From the NCBI GenBank assembly GCA_035464955.1, contig DATHRW010000270.1, positions 1 to 37,908 of the forward strand: a DNA stretch of 37,908 nt. Direction: 5' to 3'. Position numbers and translations under genes: made by a program. Origin of the DNA: Gemmatimonadales bacterium (GTDB lineage: Bacteria; Gemmatimonadota; Gemmatimonadetes; Gemmatimonadales; GWC2-71-9). How positions within the stretch are numbered: the stretch's first letter is position 1; each line of letters opens with the position of its first letter. Under the pieces are notes generated by a model. The model did not search any database and had not been told where the DNA came from. It saw only the letters and a program-made list of their open reading frames with translations. Positions 19,110 through 27,608 of this stretch are shown one piece after another.

Positions 19110-19982
19110 TCAGTCGACCGTCCGCAAGAAGCGTAGCACCTCCGCTGCGAAGCGCTCCGGCTCGGCCCAATTCACGGTGTGGCCACCGCCGGCCACCACG
19201 ACCCGTTGCGCACTGGGAATGCCATACACGAGAGTCTCGGCGACGAGACGGACCATAGCCATTTCCTGGTCGCCGTGGATGACAAGTGTCGGTGTGGCTA
19301 CTGACTGCAGTTCGTCCACACGGGGAAGCGGCGCCAGGTTCAGCGGCGCCGGTGGATCCAGAAGATCGGTGCCCGAGTACGTCTTTAGCATCTGCTCGGC
19401 CCGCTCCATGACGTCCCGAGATAACGGTCCGCCGCCAAACGAGTTGGCGGCCCAACGTGCAATCGCAACACGCAAGGAGTCCACGCCATACTGTTTTCCC
19501 AACGCAATCCAGTGCGCAATCGGAGGCCCCTTCGTACTTGGGGGAAGTGCGAGATCCGCCACGGTCGGACCGGGGCCGAACAAGACCAGGCCCCGGACCA
19601 TCTGGGGATACCGAATGGCGAACGTAAGAGCCACACTCGCTCCCTGCGAATGACCCATTACATGCGCACGCGTGTGGCCGAGGTGAGCGAGTAGTCCAGC
19701 CAGGTCTGCCGCATCTGCCGTGAGGTCCGGCTTGCCGCTCGCATCACCAAACCCTCGACGGTCATACCGGATCACCGTATAGTGCTCGGCGAGGGCCTCG
19801 ACGTCGCCGTCCCAGTAGTGGTGGTTGACGGCCCATCCATGAATCAGCACGAGCGGCGGGCCGCTGCCCTTCACCACGTAGGGCACAATGACGCCGTTGA
19901 TCTCGGCCGCCGTCGTTTGGGCCTGCACGGGGGCGATGAACACCATGAGAAGTAGGAAGGGAAGAGATGGTCTCGCGGTCAT
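19110..19982 (-). CDS. Secreted alpha/beta-fold hydrolase
   Basis: Signal peptide MTARPSLPFLLLMVFIAPVQAQ. HGWAVNHHYWD and nucleophile elbow GHSQGA. GGAGG Shine-Dalgarno about 9 nt upstream. Lies 42 nt downstream of the fusion gene on the same strand. Confidence 0.8.
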   Translation of the reverse strand: MTARPSLPFLLLMVFIAPVQAQTTAAEINGVIVPYVVKGSGPPLVLIHGWAVNHHYWDGDVEALAEHYTVIRYDRRGFGDASGKPDLTADAADLAGLLAHLGHTRAHVMGHSQGASVALTFAIRYPQMVRGLVLFGPGPTVADLALPPSTKGPPIAHWIALGKQYGVDSLRVAIARWAANSFGGGPLSRDVMERAEQMLKTYSGTDLLDPPAPLNLAPLPRVDELQSVATPTLVIHGDQEMAMVRLVAETLVYGIPSAQRVVVAGGGHTVNWAEPERFAAEVLRFLRTVD

Positions 19983-20023
19983 GATACAAGCCTCCAGGGG
20001 TGTGGTCTCGAGTCTCTCCGATT

Positions 20024-23000
20024 TCAGTCACGAATCCAGATAGTAGCGGCCCGAGGTGCCAATCGAGCGGTCATAGATCCGTCCGTTACTTCCACAGCAT
20101 CGACACCGGGATACGCCGTGCGGTATGTGCCGTTCACCGCGCGGACCGTAATGGTCTGCGGCCGATCGGAGATGTTAAACGCGACGATCGCGCGCTGCGC
20201 GCCGAGCGCCCGCTCGTAGGCGAAGAGACCGCGGGCATCGTCGGTTGCGAGAAAGGATACCTCGCCGTCGACGAAAAGGCGGAGGTGGCGCTTTCTCAGG
20301 GCGATGAGGTCGGCATAGACCCGATAGAGCGCCGTGTCGGGCGCTACCCTGTTGCGAGGGCGGCGCCGGCTGAACGGGTGAGTAGTCTCGTCGTCGTAGC
20401 GGAGGTCGGCCCACACCAGTGGCTTCCGGGGGTCCGGGTCGTCCGCGCCCCACATCCCCACCTCGTCGCCGTTCCAGATGTGGGGTGCCCCGATGTAAGT
20501 GAACTGCTGCACCAGAATCATCTGCTGGATCCGGCGAGTGCGCTCGTCGGGCCGGTCGATCCGGTAGTTCTGGTCCTCGCTCGGGTTCGCATGGTACTTG
20601 TATCGGCCCGGATTGTAGATCGATGTGCCGAAGCGCGGGGTATCGTGGCTCGCCGTCAAGTTCATCATCACCCGGAGATGTGACGGGTCGATACCCATGT
20701 TCAGCGAATCGAGCTGGGCCGCGTATTGTGAGGCGCTGAGTCGTGGCGGAGCACCGGCGAAGAAACTCCTGGTGGGCGCGTACCAGCGGTAGTTCATCAC
20801 GGCGTCGAACACGTCGCCTTGGAGCCACGGCGCCGGGTCGTACATCCGGTCCGGCCACGACTCCCACCACACCTCGCCCACCAGGTACGCTTCCGGGTTG
20901 ATGCTCCGAACGAATCGCCGGTAGTCGCGCCAGAAGCCGAGTGGCACCATCTCGGCCACGTCGAGCCGGAACCCGTCGATGCCGTCCGACGGGTCGCCGT
21001 CGCCATTGGGGTCGAGCCAGCGCCGGGTCACATTGAAGACCAGGTCCCGGACTCCCGGGACGAGAGTGCCTTCGATGGCGCCGTGGGTCTGGCCCGCGGG
21101 CCGGCCGATCTTTTTCCACTCCGGGAGCGACGCGACGCCGACCCAGCCGCGGTAGGCGAACTCGTTGGTATCGGGGGTCGCGGGGTCGTCGAAGCGCGTG
21201 ATCTCGTACCAATCGGCGTACGGTGACGCCCGCTGGCGCGCCAGCACGTCCTGCCAGGCCCAGAAGTTGGTCCCAGTGTGGTTCCACGAGTAGTCCAGGA
21301 TGATGCGCATGCCGCGGCGGTGCACCTCGCGGACCAGGGCGAGGAATAGGCTGTCCGCTGCGGTCCAGCCCCAGGTGGTCGGGTCCCGCGGGGTCTCGGC
21401 CGTCATCCGCGCCTCGTCGCCGATCGGGTCGGGGCCGAAGTTCCGGTCGATGTGGCGATAGTTCCGGGCATCGAATTTGTGGAGCGATGGCGCGTCGTTG
21501 ACCGGGTTGAGATAGAGGGCCGTGACACCGAGTTGTTGGAGGTAGTCCAGCTGGTCCATCACACCCTGGAGGTCGCCGCCGTAGCGGCGGAACTGGACGG
21601 TACCGTAGAAATCCCTACCGGTCGCCTTGGCCCAGGGTTCCTGTCGATACCAGTCCTGGGTCCACGGCGTCGGCCGCCAATCTTTCGGCATCGGCTGTGT
21701 GGTGAAGCCGGCCACGTCGTGCGCGGTGGGGTCGTTGGACGGATCACCATTTCGAAAACGCTCGACGAAGATCTGGTACCAAACCGCGTCCGCCGCCCAG
21801 CCGGGCGTATCGAGGTTCACGTCGGTGCTCGGCCTTCCGAACAGGAACGTCAGCGGGTCGCGGAGCCGGGCGCGCCACGAGGCCTCGTTGTGGGTGGCGC
21901 CGGCGTAGCGCCGGACCGCGAAGTCCCGGCCCTCGACCAGTCCCTGGTCGACGAGCCAGGCGCGGACCGCCGCGTGGGTCGGCCCGTAGGCCGAATCGAG
22001 TCCCAGGGTGCCGTAATCGAACCAGTACCGGGTGTTGGGCGGAACCTTCCGCCCCGCTGCGATGTCCTTGATGATGTAGGGCGTCGTGTCCGGGTTCGCG
22101 ACCGCGGAGAGATTCGGGAAGACCTCCGCGACGACTGCTTCGGAGATCGGGAAGTGGGTGGACACACAGCCGCAGGCGCCGAACACGTCCGGGTGGTGGG
22201 TCACCAAGTAGAACGACAGGAGCCCGCCCATCGAGGAGCCCATGACCGCCGTGTTCTCCGGGCCGGTGAGGGTCCGGAACTCCCGGTTGACGCGCGGCAT
22301 CAGCTCCTCCATCAGGAACCGTGCGTACCTGGGTGCGCCGTGCCAGGGAGAGTACTCCGGCCCCCGTTCCGCGGTGCTCCACACCCCGACCACGATGACC
22401 GGCGGGATGGCACCACGGTCGACTAGCTGTGTCACCGCTTCGTCCACGCCCCAGTCGATGCCGGTGTTTGCAATGCGCGGGTCGAACAGGTTCTGCCCGT
22501 CGTGCATGTAGAGCACCGGATAGCGCGCGGCTGGCGCATCGTCGTAGCCCGGCGGCAGCCAGACCTCGACGTGGCGGGTCGGCCCCAGGAAGGCCGACCG
22601 GACGTCGGGCCAGTAGACCAGCCGGCCTTTGACTCCCGACCCCTTCCAATCGGCGATGTATTCCTTGGGGTCCTTCTTGAAGTCGGTGATCTCGTGGACC
22701 ACGACCGTGTCGCGGTGGATGACCAGCTGGTGGTTGGGCGGCACCGTGCCGCTCGGGCCCAGTGCCTCACGGTCCCAGGAACCGAGGGTGAATTTGTACT
22801 CGAAGGTTGTGCCCGGCGGGGCGGTGATCTGGGTGGAGCGCTCGCGACCCTGGCCGGTCATGGCGAGCCCATCGGGACGCCACGGGCCGAGCTGGGGCAG
22901 ACTGCCGGCCAGATAGACGGTGCCGGTGCCATCCGGCACGCGCACTCGGATGGTCGCGGTGCAGCATCGGGCTCCGGTATCCCGGTACCCCGGCGAGGAG

Positions 23001-23053
23001 CCCGGGCTTGGCGTGGCCGCAAGCAGCACGAGGAGTGTGAGTGTGCCGGACAC
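20024..23053 (-). CDS. Three-domain fusion: CBM20-like starch-binding module + PF00756-type esterase + GH13 (cyclomaltodextrinase/neopullulanase-like) catalytic domain
   Basis: The GTG at 23053 has a perfect AGGAGG 7 nt upstream and yields the signal-like MSGTLTLLVLLAATP. CBM20-like segment: VRVPDGTGTVYLAGSLPQLGPWRPDGLAMTG...FEYKFTLGSW. Esterase segment: VEVWLPPGYDD..YPVLYMHDGQNLFD, GSSMGG. GH13 segment: AVWYQIFVERFRNGDPSND, DYSWNHTG, GFRLDVAEMV, LVGEVW, LTASHDTPR. Confidence 0.8.
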   Translation of the reverse strand: MSGTLTLLVLLAATPSPGSSPGYRDTGARCCTATIRVRVPDGTGTVYLAGSLPQLGPWRPDGLAMTGQGRERSTQITAPPGTTFEYKFTLGSWDREALGPSGTVPPNHQLVIHRDTVVVHEITDFKKDPKEYIADWKGSGVKGRLVYWPDVRSAFLGPTRHVEVWLPPGYDDAPAARYPVLYMHDGQNLFDPRIANTGIDWGVDEAVTQLVDRGAIPPVIVVGVWSTAERGPEYSPWHGAPRYARFLMEELMPRVNREFRTLTGPENTAVMGSSMGGLLSFYLVTHHPDVFGACGCVSTHFPISEAVVAEVFPNLSAVANPDTTPYIIKDIAAGRKVPPNTRYWFDYGTLGLDSAYGPTHAAVRAWLVDQGLVEGRDFAVRRYAGATHNEASWRARLRDPLTFLFGRPSTDVNLDTPGWAADAVWYQIFVERFRNGDPSNDPTAHDVAGFTTQPMPKDWRPTPWTQDWYRQEPWAKATGRDFYGTVQFRRYGGDLQGVMDQLDYLQQLGVTALYLNPVNDAPSLHKFDARNYRHIDRNFGPDPIGDEARMTAETPRDPTTWGWTAADSLFLALVREVHRRGMRIILDYSWNHTGTNFWAWQDVLARQRASPYADWYEITRFDDPATPDTNEFAYRGWVGVASLPEWKKIGRPAGQTHGAIEGTLVPGVRDLVFNVTRRWLDPNGDGDPSDGIDGFRLDVAEMVPLGFWRDYRRFVRSINPEAYLVGEVWWESWPDRMYDPAPWLQGDVFDAVMNYRWYAPTRSFFAGAPPRLSASQYAAQLDSLNMGIDPSHLRVMMNLTASHDTPRFGTSIYNPGRYKYHANPSEDQNYRIDRPDERTRRIQQMILVQQFTYIGAPHIWNGDEVGMWGADDPDPRKPLVWADLRYDDETTHPFSRRRPRNRVAPDTALYRVYADLIALRKRHLRLFVDGEVSFLATDDARGLFAYERALGAQRAIVAFNISDRPQTITVRAVNGTYRTAYPGVDAVEVTDGSMTARLAPRAATIWIRD

Positions 23054-23120
23054 GAGGAATCCTCCTACGGAAAGCCGGTCACGCGGGAGATGACTGGACT
23101 CACAGGAGCAGGCCGGTGGC

Positions 23121-24350
23121 TCATTTGGTCGTTGCCTGGGCTCCCAGGGTAACGCGGAGTACCACATAACCACAGAATCCCGCGCCCAGCGAGCCGATCA
23201 GGATACCAAGCCGCTCCAATCCCAGGTAGGTCGTCGCGCCCTGCTCGAACGCGAGCGACGCGATGAAGAGGCTCATGGTAAAGCCGATGCCGCACAATAA
23301 TGCCGTGGCGTGCAATTGCCACCAGCCGACGCCCGTGGGAAGTGACGCGATGCCGAGCCGAACCGCAAGCCAGCATAAGAGCATTATCCCGACCTGTTTG
23401 CCGAAGAATAGCCCGGTCACGATACCGGTCGGCACAGGGTGCAGGATGTCGCTCATGGAGAGGCCCACGATCGAGACGCCGGCGTTGGCGAACGCGAAGA
23501 GGGGCAAGACGCCAAAGGCCACCCAGGGGTGGAGCGCATGTTCGAGGTGACGCAGCAGCGGCTCCGGTGCCGACGACCCCGACGCGTGGTCCGGACTCCT
23601 AAGCGGGATGAACATCGCCAGCACGACGCCCGCCAGGGTCGCATGAACCCCGGACTTGAGCACCGCAATCCACAGGGGGATGCCAATGACGAAGTACGCT
23701 GCAGGCTTCGTCACGCCAAAACGGTTGAGGCCGGTGAGGCCGAGAATGAGGACCGCCGCGATTATCAGCGAGAGCACACCCAGCTCGGCGGTGTAGAACA
23801 GGGCGATCACCACGATGGCGCCGAGGTCGTCGAAGATGGCGACGCTCAGGAGGAACGCCTTGAGGGCCGGCGGGACTCGTTTTCCCAGCAGGGACAGCAC
23901 CCCCAACGCGAAGGCGATGTCCGTCGCCGTCGGGATGGCCCAGCCCTTCATGGCGACGGCGTCACCCCAGTTGAACGCCGCGTAGAAGATCGCGGGGGCC
24001 AGCATTCCACCAATGGCGGCGACGGCGGGCAGGGTCGCTTGACGCAGGCTCGAGAGGTGGCCTTCGAGCACCTCGCGCTTGAGCTCCATACCGACGAGAA
24101 AGAAGAACACCGCCATCAGGCCGTCGTTGATCCACAAGAGCAGCGGCTTGTCGATTCCGTAGTCGCCGACGCTGACCGAGAGTCGAAGGTCGAGCAATGC
24201 GGCGTAGGAGCCTGCCAGCGGCGAGTTGGCGACGACCATCGCCAATATGGCCGCCGCCATCAATACCAGCCCGCCCGAGGCTTCCAGGCGGAGGAAGTCT
24301 TGGAGCGGCTTCAGTACCGTGTTGAACGGGGCGCGTTGGGGTATCTGCAT
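23121..24350 (-). CDS. nhaA: Na+/H+ antiporter NhaA
   Basis: From the internal ATG at 24350 the product is 409 aa: MQIPQRAPFNTVLKPLQDFLRLEASGGLVLMAAAILAMVVANSP... This is typical NhaA sequence and length. The upstream 65 codons are Arg/Ser/Pro-rich and overlap the next gene region. Confidence 0.85.
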   Translation of the reverse strand: MQIPQRAPFNTVLKPLQDFLRLEASGGLVLMAAAILAMVVANSPLAGSYAALLDLRLSVSVGDYGIDKPLLLWINDGLMAVFFFLVGMELKREVLEGHLSSLRQATLPAVAAIGGMLAPAIFYAAFNWGDAVAMKGWAIPTATDIAFALGVLSLLGKRVPPALKAFLLSVAIFDDLGAIVVIALFYTAELGVLSLIIAAVLILGLTGLNRFGVTKPAAYFVIGIPLWIAVLKSGVHATLAGVVLAMFIPLRSPDHASGSSAPEPLLRHLEHALHPWVAFGVLPLFAFANAGVSIVGLSMSDILHPVPTGIVTGLFFGKQVGIMLLCWLAVRLGIASLPTGVGWWQLHATALLCGIGFTMSLFIASLAFEQGATTYLGLERLGILIGSLGAGFCGYVVLRVTLGAQATTK

Positions 24351-24459
24351 CGGGAACTCGGGAGGGTAGCCGACTGGTGGACAAAGATTGTTGCGTCCGG
24401 TACGGCCACAATCGCACGCCGCGCGAGAAGTGCGAGTACCGGGGACACGCGGAAGCCTC

Positions 24460-24645
24460 CTACTGGTACCGGATCGCGTAGTAAATGACGTAGATCCACG
24501 ACAAGAGGCCGTGGAGGATGGCCCAGAGGATCGATTTGTTGGCACTCCACGAGATGGCGATCGCGAGCGCCGTGCCGAAGCCGATGCCTGCCTTGGCCGC
24601 GGTGCCCGAGTGGCTGCCTTTGGATTTCGGTGTGTCAGGGCTCAT
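24460..24645 (-). CDS. Small two-TM membrane protein (61 aa), hypothetical
   Basis: ATG at 24645 with AGGA about 8 nt upstream. Hydrophobic GIGFGTALAIAISW and ILWAILHGLLSWIYVIYYAI. No family recognised. Confidence 0.4.
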   Translation of the reverse strand: MSPDTPKSKGSHSGTAAKAGIGFGTALAIAISWSANKSILWAILHGLLSWIYVIYYAIRYQ

Positions 24646-24785
24646 TTGTCTGTCCTGGGTGAGTTGTAGCACAACACTCGCCGGCCAGTAGCTCAGTCGA
24701 CCTTACTGGGTCGCTCGTGGCCGGCATGCCGATTACTGACGTTCTCGATCGTGCCGCACCTGCATCATGCTCTTCCGCTCACTCC

Positions 24786-25148
24786 TCAAAAGAACGCCAC
24801 GTACAAGGACAAAACCAGAACGGAAAAAGCAGGGAGCGATTTTTTGAGGGGGTCTTTCACTTTGACATGCATCGCCACTGCGCCCAGCATCAAGATCGCC
24901 AACCCGACGGCCGCGGGTTGGGTCACGGCCGGCAGCCACACGCCAACCAGCAGCAGCAGGGCGAGCGCAACTTTCAGGACCCCGATCACGCCCACGGACC
25001 ACTCGGGAAGACCATAAGCCCGGAATTCCTCTTTCATGTTAGTGGCGTTGCCGCCGCGCCACTCGGTCGGCTTTCCGAATCGCAGCAGCCAAACATTTAG
25101 AATTCCCAGCGCGATGACGACTTGAATGATGGCACTCAGTGTATTCAT
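24786..25148 (-). CDS. DoxX-family membrane protein
   Basis: ATG at 25148 preceded by GAGAGGAG. The 120-aa product has about 4 TM segments and a DoxX-like pattern (LRFGKPTEW...EEFRAYGLPEW...GVLKVALALLLLVG...AVAMHVKVKDP). Confidence 0.7.
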   Translation of the reverse strand: MNTLSAIIQVVIALGILNVWLLRFGKPTEWRGGNATNMKEEFRAYGLPEWSVGVIGVLKVALALLLLVGVWLPAVTQPAAVGLAILMLGAVAMHVKVKDPLKKSLPAFSVLVLSLYVAFF

Positions 25149-25361
25149 CTGGCTTCTCCTCTCATTGCAGCCCGTGCTGGACCCCGCAGTGATCGGGTGA
25201 CTCACCAGACCCCATGGTCGGCAGCACTGCGCGGTTTGAGCTCCGACCTACGAGGCCCTAGCGGCGACGTTCAATAGGATATACCCGCCTCGTCCGGCTC
25301 CACAACTTGTCAACCAGAGCATGGAAACGGCCAGCCCCGCAGACTCGTATCCACTGAGCCG

Positions 25362-25892
25362 TCACGGCCGTGATTGGCCGCCAAATGTCGCGGCTGTGAT
25401 CAGGTAGAGAAGGCTTGCGCGGCCCTCGGCGTCGGACCTCGATCCCGCGCGCACCGCGCCGATCTTTTCGACCGCCCGCTGCGAGCGCAGGTTCTGCGGG
25501 CCGATACAAAAGACCACGCGATTCACGAAGTGGAAGGCATGCTCCAACATGAGCTGCTTCAGCTGGCCGTTGTAGCGCCCGCCCCAGTGGGATCGGGCCA
25601 GGAATGTCCAGCCAATCTCGACCTCGCTCGCCTCCTCGTCGTAGCCATGATACCGCGAGGACCCGATCACGGTGTGGCTGTCGGCATCGATGGCGATCAA
25701 CGTCCCGCCGGACGCCAAGGCCCGGCTAAAGAACGCCTGGAATTCTCCTACTTCGTGACGGGTCGGGACGGGATGCTGCTCCCAGATGAGGGGATCGGCA
25801 GCGACGCGGTAGAGGTCATCGTAGTCGTCGGAGCGAAGGGGCCTCAATATGACGAGGTCACCTCTGAGGACGGGTTGATACTCAAATGGCAC
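25362..25892 (-). CDS. GNAT-family N-acetyltransferase
   Basis: 176 aa with a RimJ/RimL-like pattern (LRPLRSDDYDDLYRVAADP...IGWTFLARSHWGGRYN...LMLEHAF). The GTG start lies 3 nt after the stop of the upstream membrane ORF, suggesting translational coupling. Confidence 0.8.
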   Translation of the reverse strand: MPFEYQPVLRGDLVILRPLRSDDYDDLYRVAADPLIWEQHPVPTRHEVGEFQAFFSRALASGGTLIAIDADSHTVIGSSRYHGYDEEASEVEIGWTFLARSHWGGRYNGQLKQLMLEHAFHFVNRVVFCIGPQNLRSQRAVEKIGAVRAGSRSDAEGRASLLYLITAATFGGQSRP

Positions 25893-25895
25893 GGG

Positions 25896-26255
25896 TCACT
25901 CACCCCCTGCCGACGAAGTCGTGCTGCGATGCCGGATTGCTAGACCTCCCAACACGACCGCGGCAACTGCCGCGATCACGTTAGCGCGAGCGACGGGCAG
26001 GCCGAAGGCCCAAAGCGCCGCGCGCAAGCCCGCGAGGGCAAACACTGCCACCAAGACCCGTTGTGTCCAGAGGTGCCAGCGAACCTGTGCCGGCTTCTCA
26101 CGATGGAACACCCAGAGCGTGACACCCGCACCGAGAAACAACACGGCCTCCGCTCGTACCACCCATGCCATGTTGAACCCGGTGACGAGGCGGACCGCGA
26201 AGTCGGCCGCTCCGACGATCAGGATGAACAGTGTCCAGCGCCATGCCCACTCCAT
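25896..26255 (-). CDS. Hypothetical 4-TM membrane protein
   Basis: ATG at 26255 with GAGGG 8 nt upstream. Product MEWAWRWTLFILIVGAADFAV... has four hydrophobic segments. The longer 26342 start would overlap the small ORF upstream. Confidence 0.5.
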   Translation of the reverse strand: MEWAWRWTLFILIVGAADFAVRLVTGFNMAWVVRAEAVLFLGAGVTLWVFHREKPAQVRWHLWTQRVLVAVFALAGLRAALWAFGLPVARANVIAAVAAVVLGGLAIRHRSTTSSAGGE

Positions 26256-26298
26256 CCGAGGCCCTCGTTGGCGTGACCGCCGCCGGTTGGCGGTCCGA

Positions 26299-26460
26299 TT
26301 ACTGGAAGTAGTATCGGCCGATGCGACGCCCAAGGTAGACACCCACTGCCGTTCCCACGACGCTGAGGACGAAGGCCGTCATGGTGCCCACTAAGGACCC
26401 GGCACACCATCCGAGCCAGCCTCCGACGAGTGCGCCGACGAAGGCCAAGAGTCTCGACAT
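26299..26460 (-). CDS. 53-aa glycine-zipper-like small membrane protein (not in the supplied ORF track)
   Basis: My own translation gives MSRLLAFVGALVGGWLGWCAGSLVGTMTAFVLSVVGTAVGVYLGRRIGRYYFQ*. The ATG at 26460 is 3 nt after the TAG of the GH53 gene. GxxxG-rich hydrophobic hairpin. Confidence 0.35.
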   Translation of the reverse strand: MSRLLAFVGALVGGWLGWCAGSLVGTMTAFVLSVVGTAVGVYLGRRIGRYYFQ

Positions 26461-26463
26461 ACC

Positions 26464-27537
26464 CTAGCGGCGTCGGTACTTGTCGAACACGGTGATGACC
26501 GGCCTGGCGTTGCAGTCCGCGTCGAAGTAATCCCGGTCGCAGGCGCTCGCTGGTTCCCACCAGAAGATGCCCTTGATCCGTCGGTCGGAAATACCCAGCA
26601 GCGTCTCGTTCACGGCCTCGAGGAATGCCTTCCGGGGGCCTCCCGGGGCGTCGTTGGAGAAGGGGGGCAACTCGCCGGCCTCGTACTCGTGGGGCCGGTA
26701 GCCTACCTCTACCAGGATGACGTCCTTATCCGGGTAGTTGTCCAGGATGGACAGGAAGTTGTCCCGCAGTTCCAGCAGGTTACCGTGCCACCACGGATAA
26801 TACGAGAGCCCGATGATGTCGTAGGGGATATGGTAATCGTGGAACCGATCGAAGAACGCCTTGGTACCGTCCGTGTCGGCCCCGTTGTCATAGTGCAGCA
26901 TGATCAACGGGCGCGTAGCCCGGTCGCGGCCCGCGTCGATGCCGTCGAGCGCCGCCTTGAACAGCTTGCCGAAGTTGTCCCAGTGCTCCGGCAGCCGGCC
27001 CAGCGGCCACATCATCCCGTTCCGGACCTCGTTCCCGATCTGTACCATCTCGGGCATGACGCCGGCTTCCCTAAACGCGCGAATGGTGTTTCGCGTATAC
27101 CCAAACACCGAATCGGCCAGCACAGCGATGTCGGTGGTGTCCCATGCCCGAGGTGTCGGCTGCTGCTGCGGGTCGGCCCAGCCGTCGGCGAAGTGGTAGT
27201 CGAGCAAGAACTTGAAGCCGCGCGCCTTGGCGTCCTGCGCCAGCGCGATGGTATACGCCAGGTTATTGGGTAGCTCTGTCGGCGTGTGGAACAGGCGAAG
27301 TCGGATCCAGTCGTAGCCGTGGTCCCGGAAGATATCGAGCCCCGGCCGGACCACCCCATTGTCCTTGAACTGGATGCCGCGGTCTCGTTCGGCCCACCTG
27401 AGAAACGAGAGATCGGCTCCGACCGCGTAGGTGAGCGTGACACCAAGAGCGGAGTCGGGCTCCTGGGCCAACAGGCCGCCCGAGGTTGGAACGAGAGCAC
27501 CGAAGCAGAGTGTCGAGCGAAGGATCAGATGACGCAT
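26464..27537 (-). CDS. GH53 arabinogalactan endo-beta-1,4-galactanase, secreted
   Basis: The internal ATG at 27537 gives the signal MRHLILRSTLCFGALVPTSGGLLAQEP. GH53 pattern: GADLSFL...FKDNG...DIFRDHGYDWIRLRLFHTP, VQIGNEVRNGMMWPLG. Confidence 0.85.
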   Translation of the reverse strand: MRHLILRSTLCFGALVPTSGGLLAQEPDSALGVTLTYAVGADLSFLRWAERDRGIQFKDNGVVRPGLDIFRDHGYDWIRLRLFHTPTELPNNLAYTIALAQDAKARGFKFLLDYHFADGWADPQQQPTPRAWDTTDIAVLADSVFGYTRNTIRAFREAGVMPEMVQIGNEVRNGMMWPLGRLPEHWDNFGKLFKAALDGIDAGRDRATRPLIMLHYDNGADTDGTKAFFDRFHDYHIPYDIIGLSYYPWWHGNLLELRDNFLSILDNYPDKDVILVEVGYRPHEYEAGELPPFSNDAPGGPRKAFLEAVNETLLGISDRRIKGIFWWEPASACDRDYFDADCNARPVITVFDKYRRR

Positions 27538-27608
27538 GGGCGAGGCTCTGAGTTGAAGGAACCAACGGATCACGCGTAACGTATAGGCCGTCGCGGCGCA
27601 CCTACCGG

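Noticed and set aside
24351-24545. 65-codon N-terminal extension of NhaA; similar upstream extensions occur at 23054-23173, 27538-27699, 28940-29296, 13098-13163 and 36663-36698
   Set aside because: The extensions are low-complexity, overlap neighbouring genes or repeats, and lack Shine-Dalgarno sequences. Internal starts give canonical signal peptides or family-typical lengths, several with strong AGGAGG/GGAGG sites.
24680-24725. tRNA-like string GTAGCTCAGTCGA inside a nested hairpin (gccggcca...tggccggc with inner ccagta/tactgg)
   Set aside because: It is only about 46 nt. It has no acceptor stem, anticodon arm or T-arm (no GTTCGA-type box), so it is not a tRNA or tRNA fragment I can support. 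It is more likely a structural hairpin between the DoxX gene and the small membrane gene, and there is no U-tract for a clear terminator call.
26219-26560. 113-aa ORF on the minus strand spanning the GH53 3' end and the downstream gap
   Set aside because: It overlaps the GH53 coding end and the 53-aa glycine-zipper ORF in a different frame. It is Arg/Gly/Leu-rich with no membrane or domain signature.
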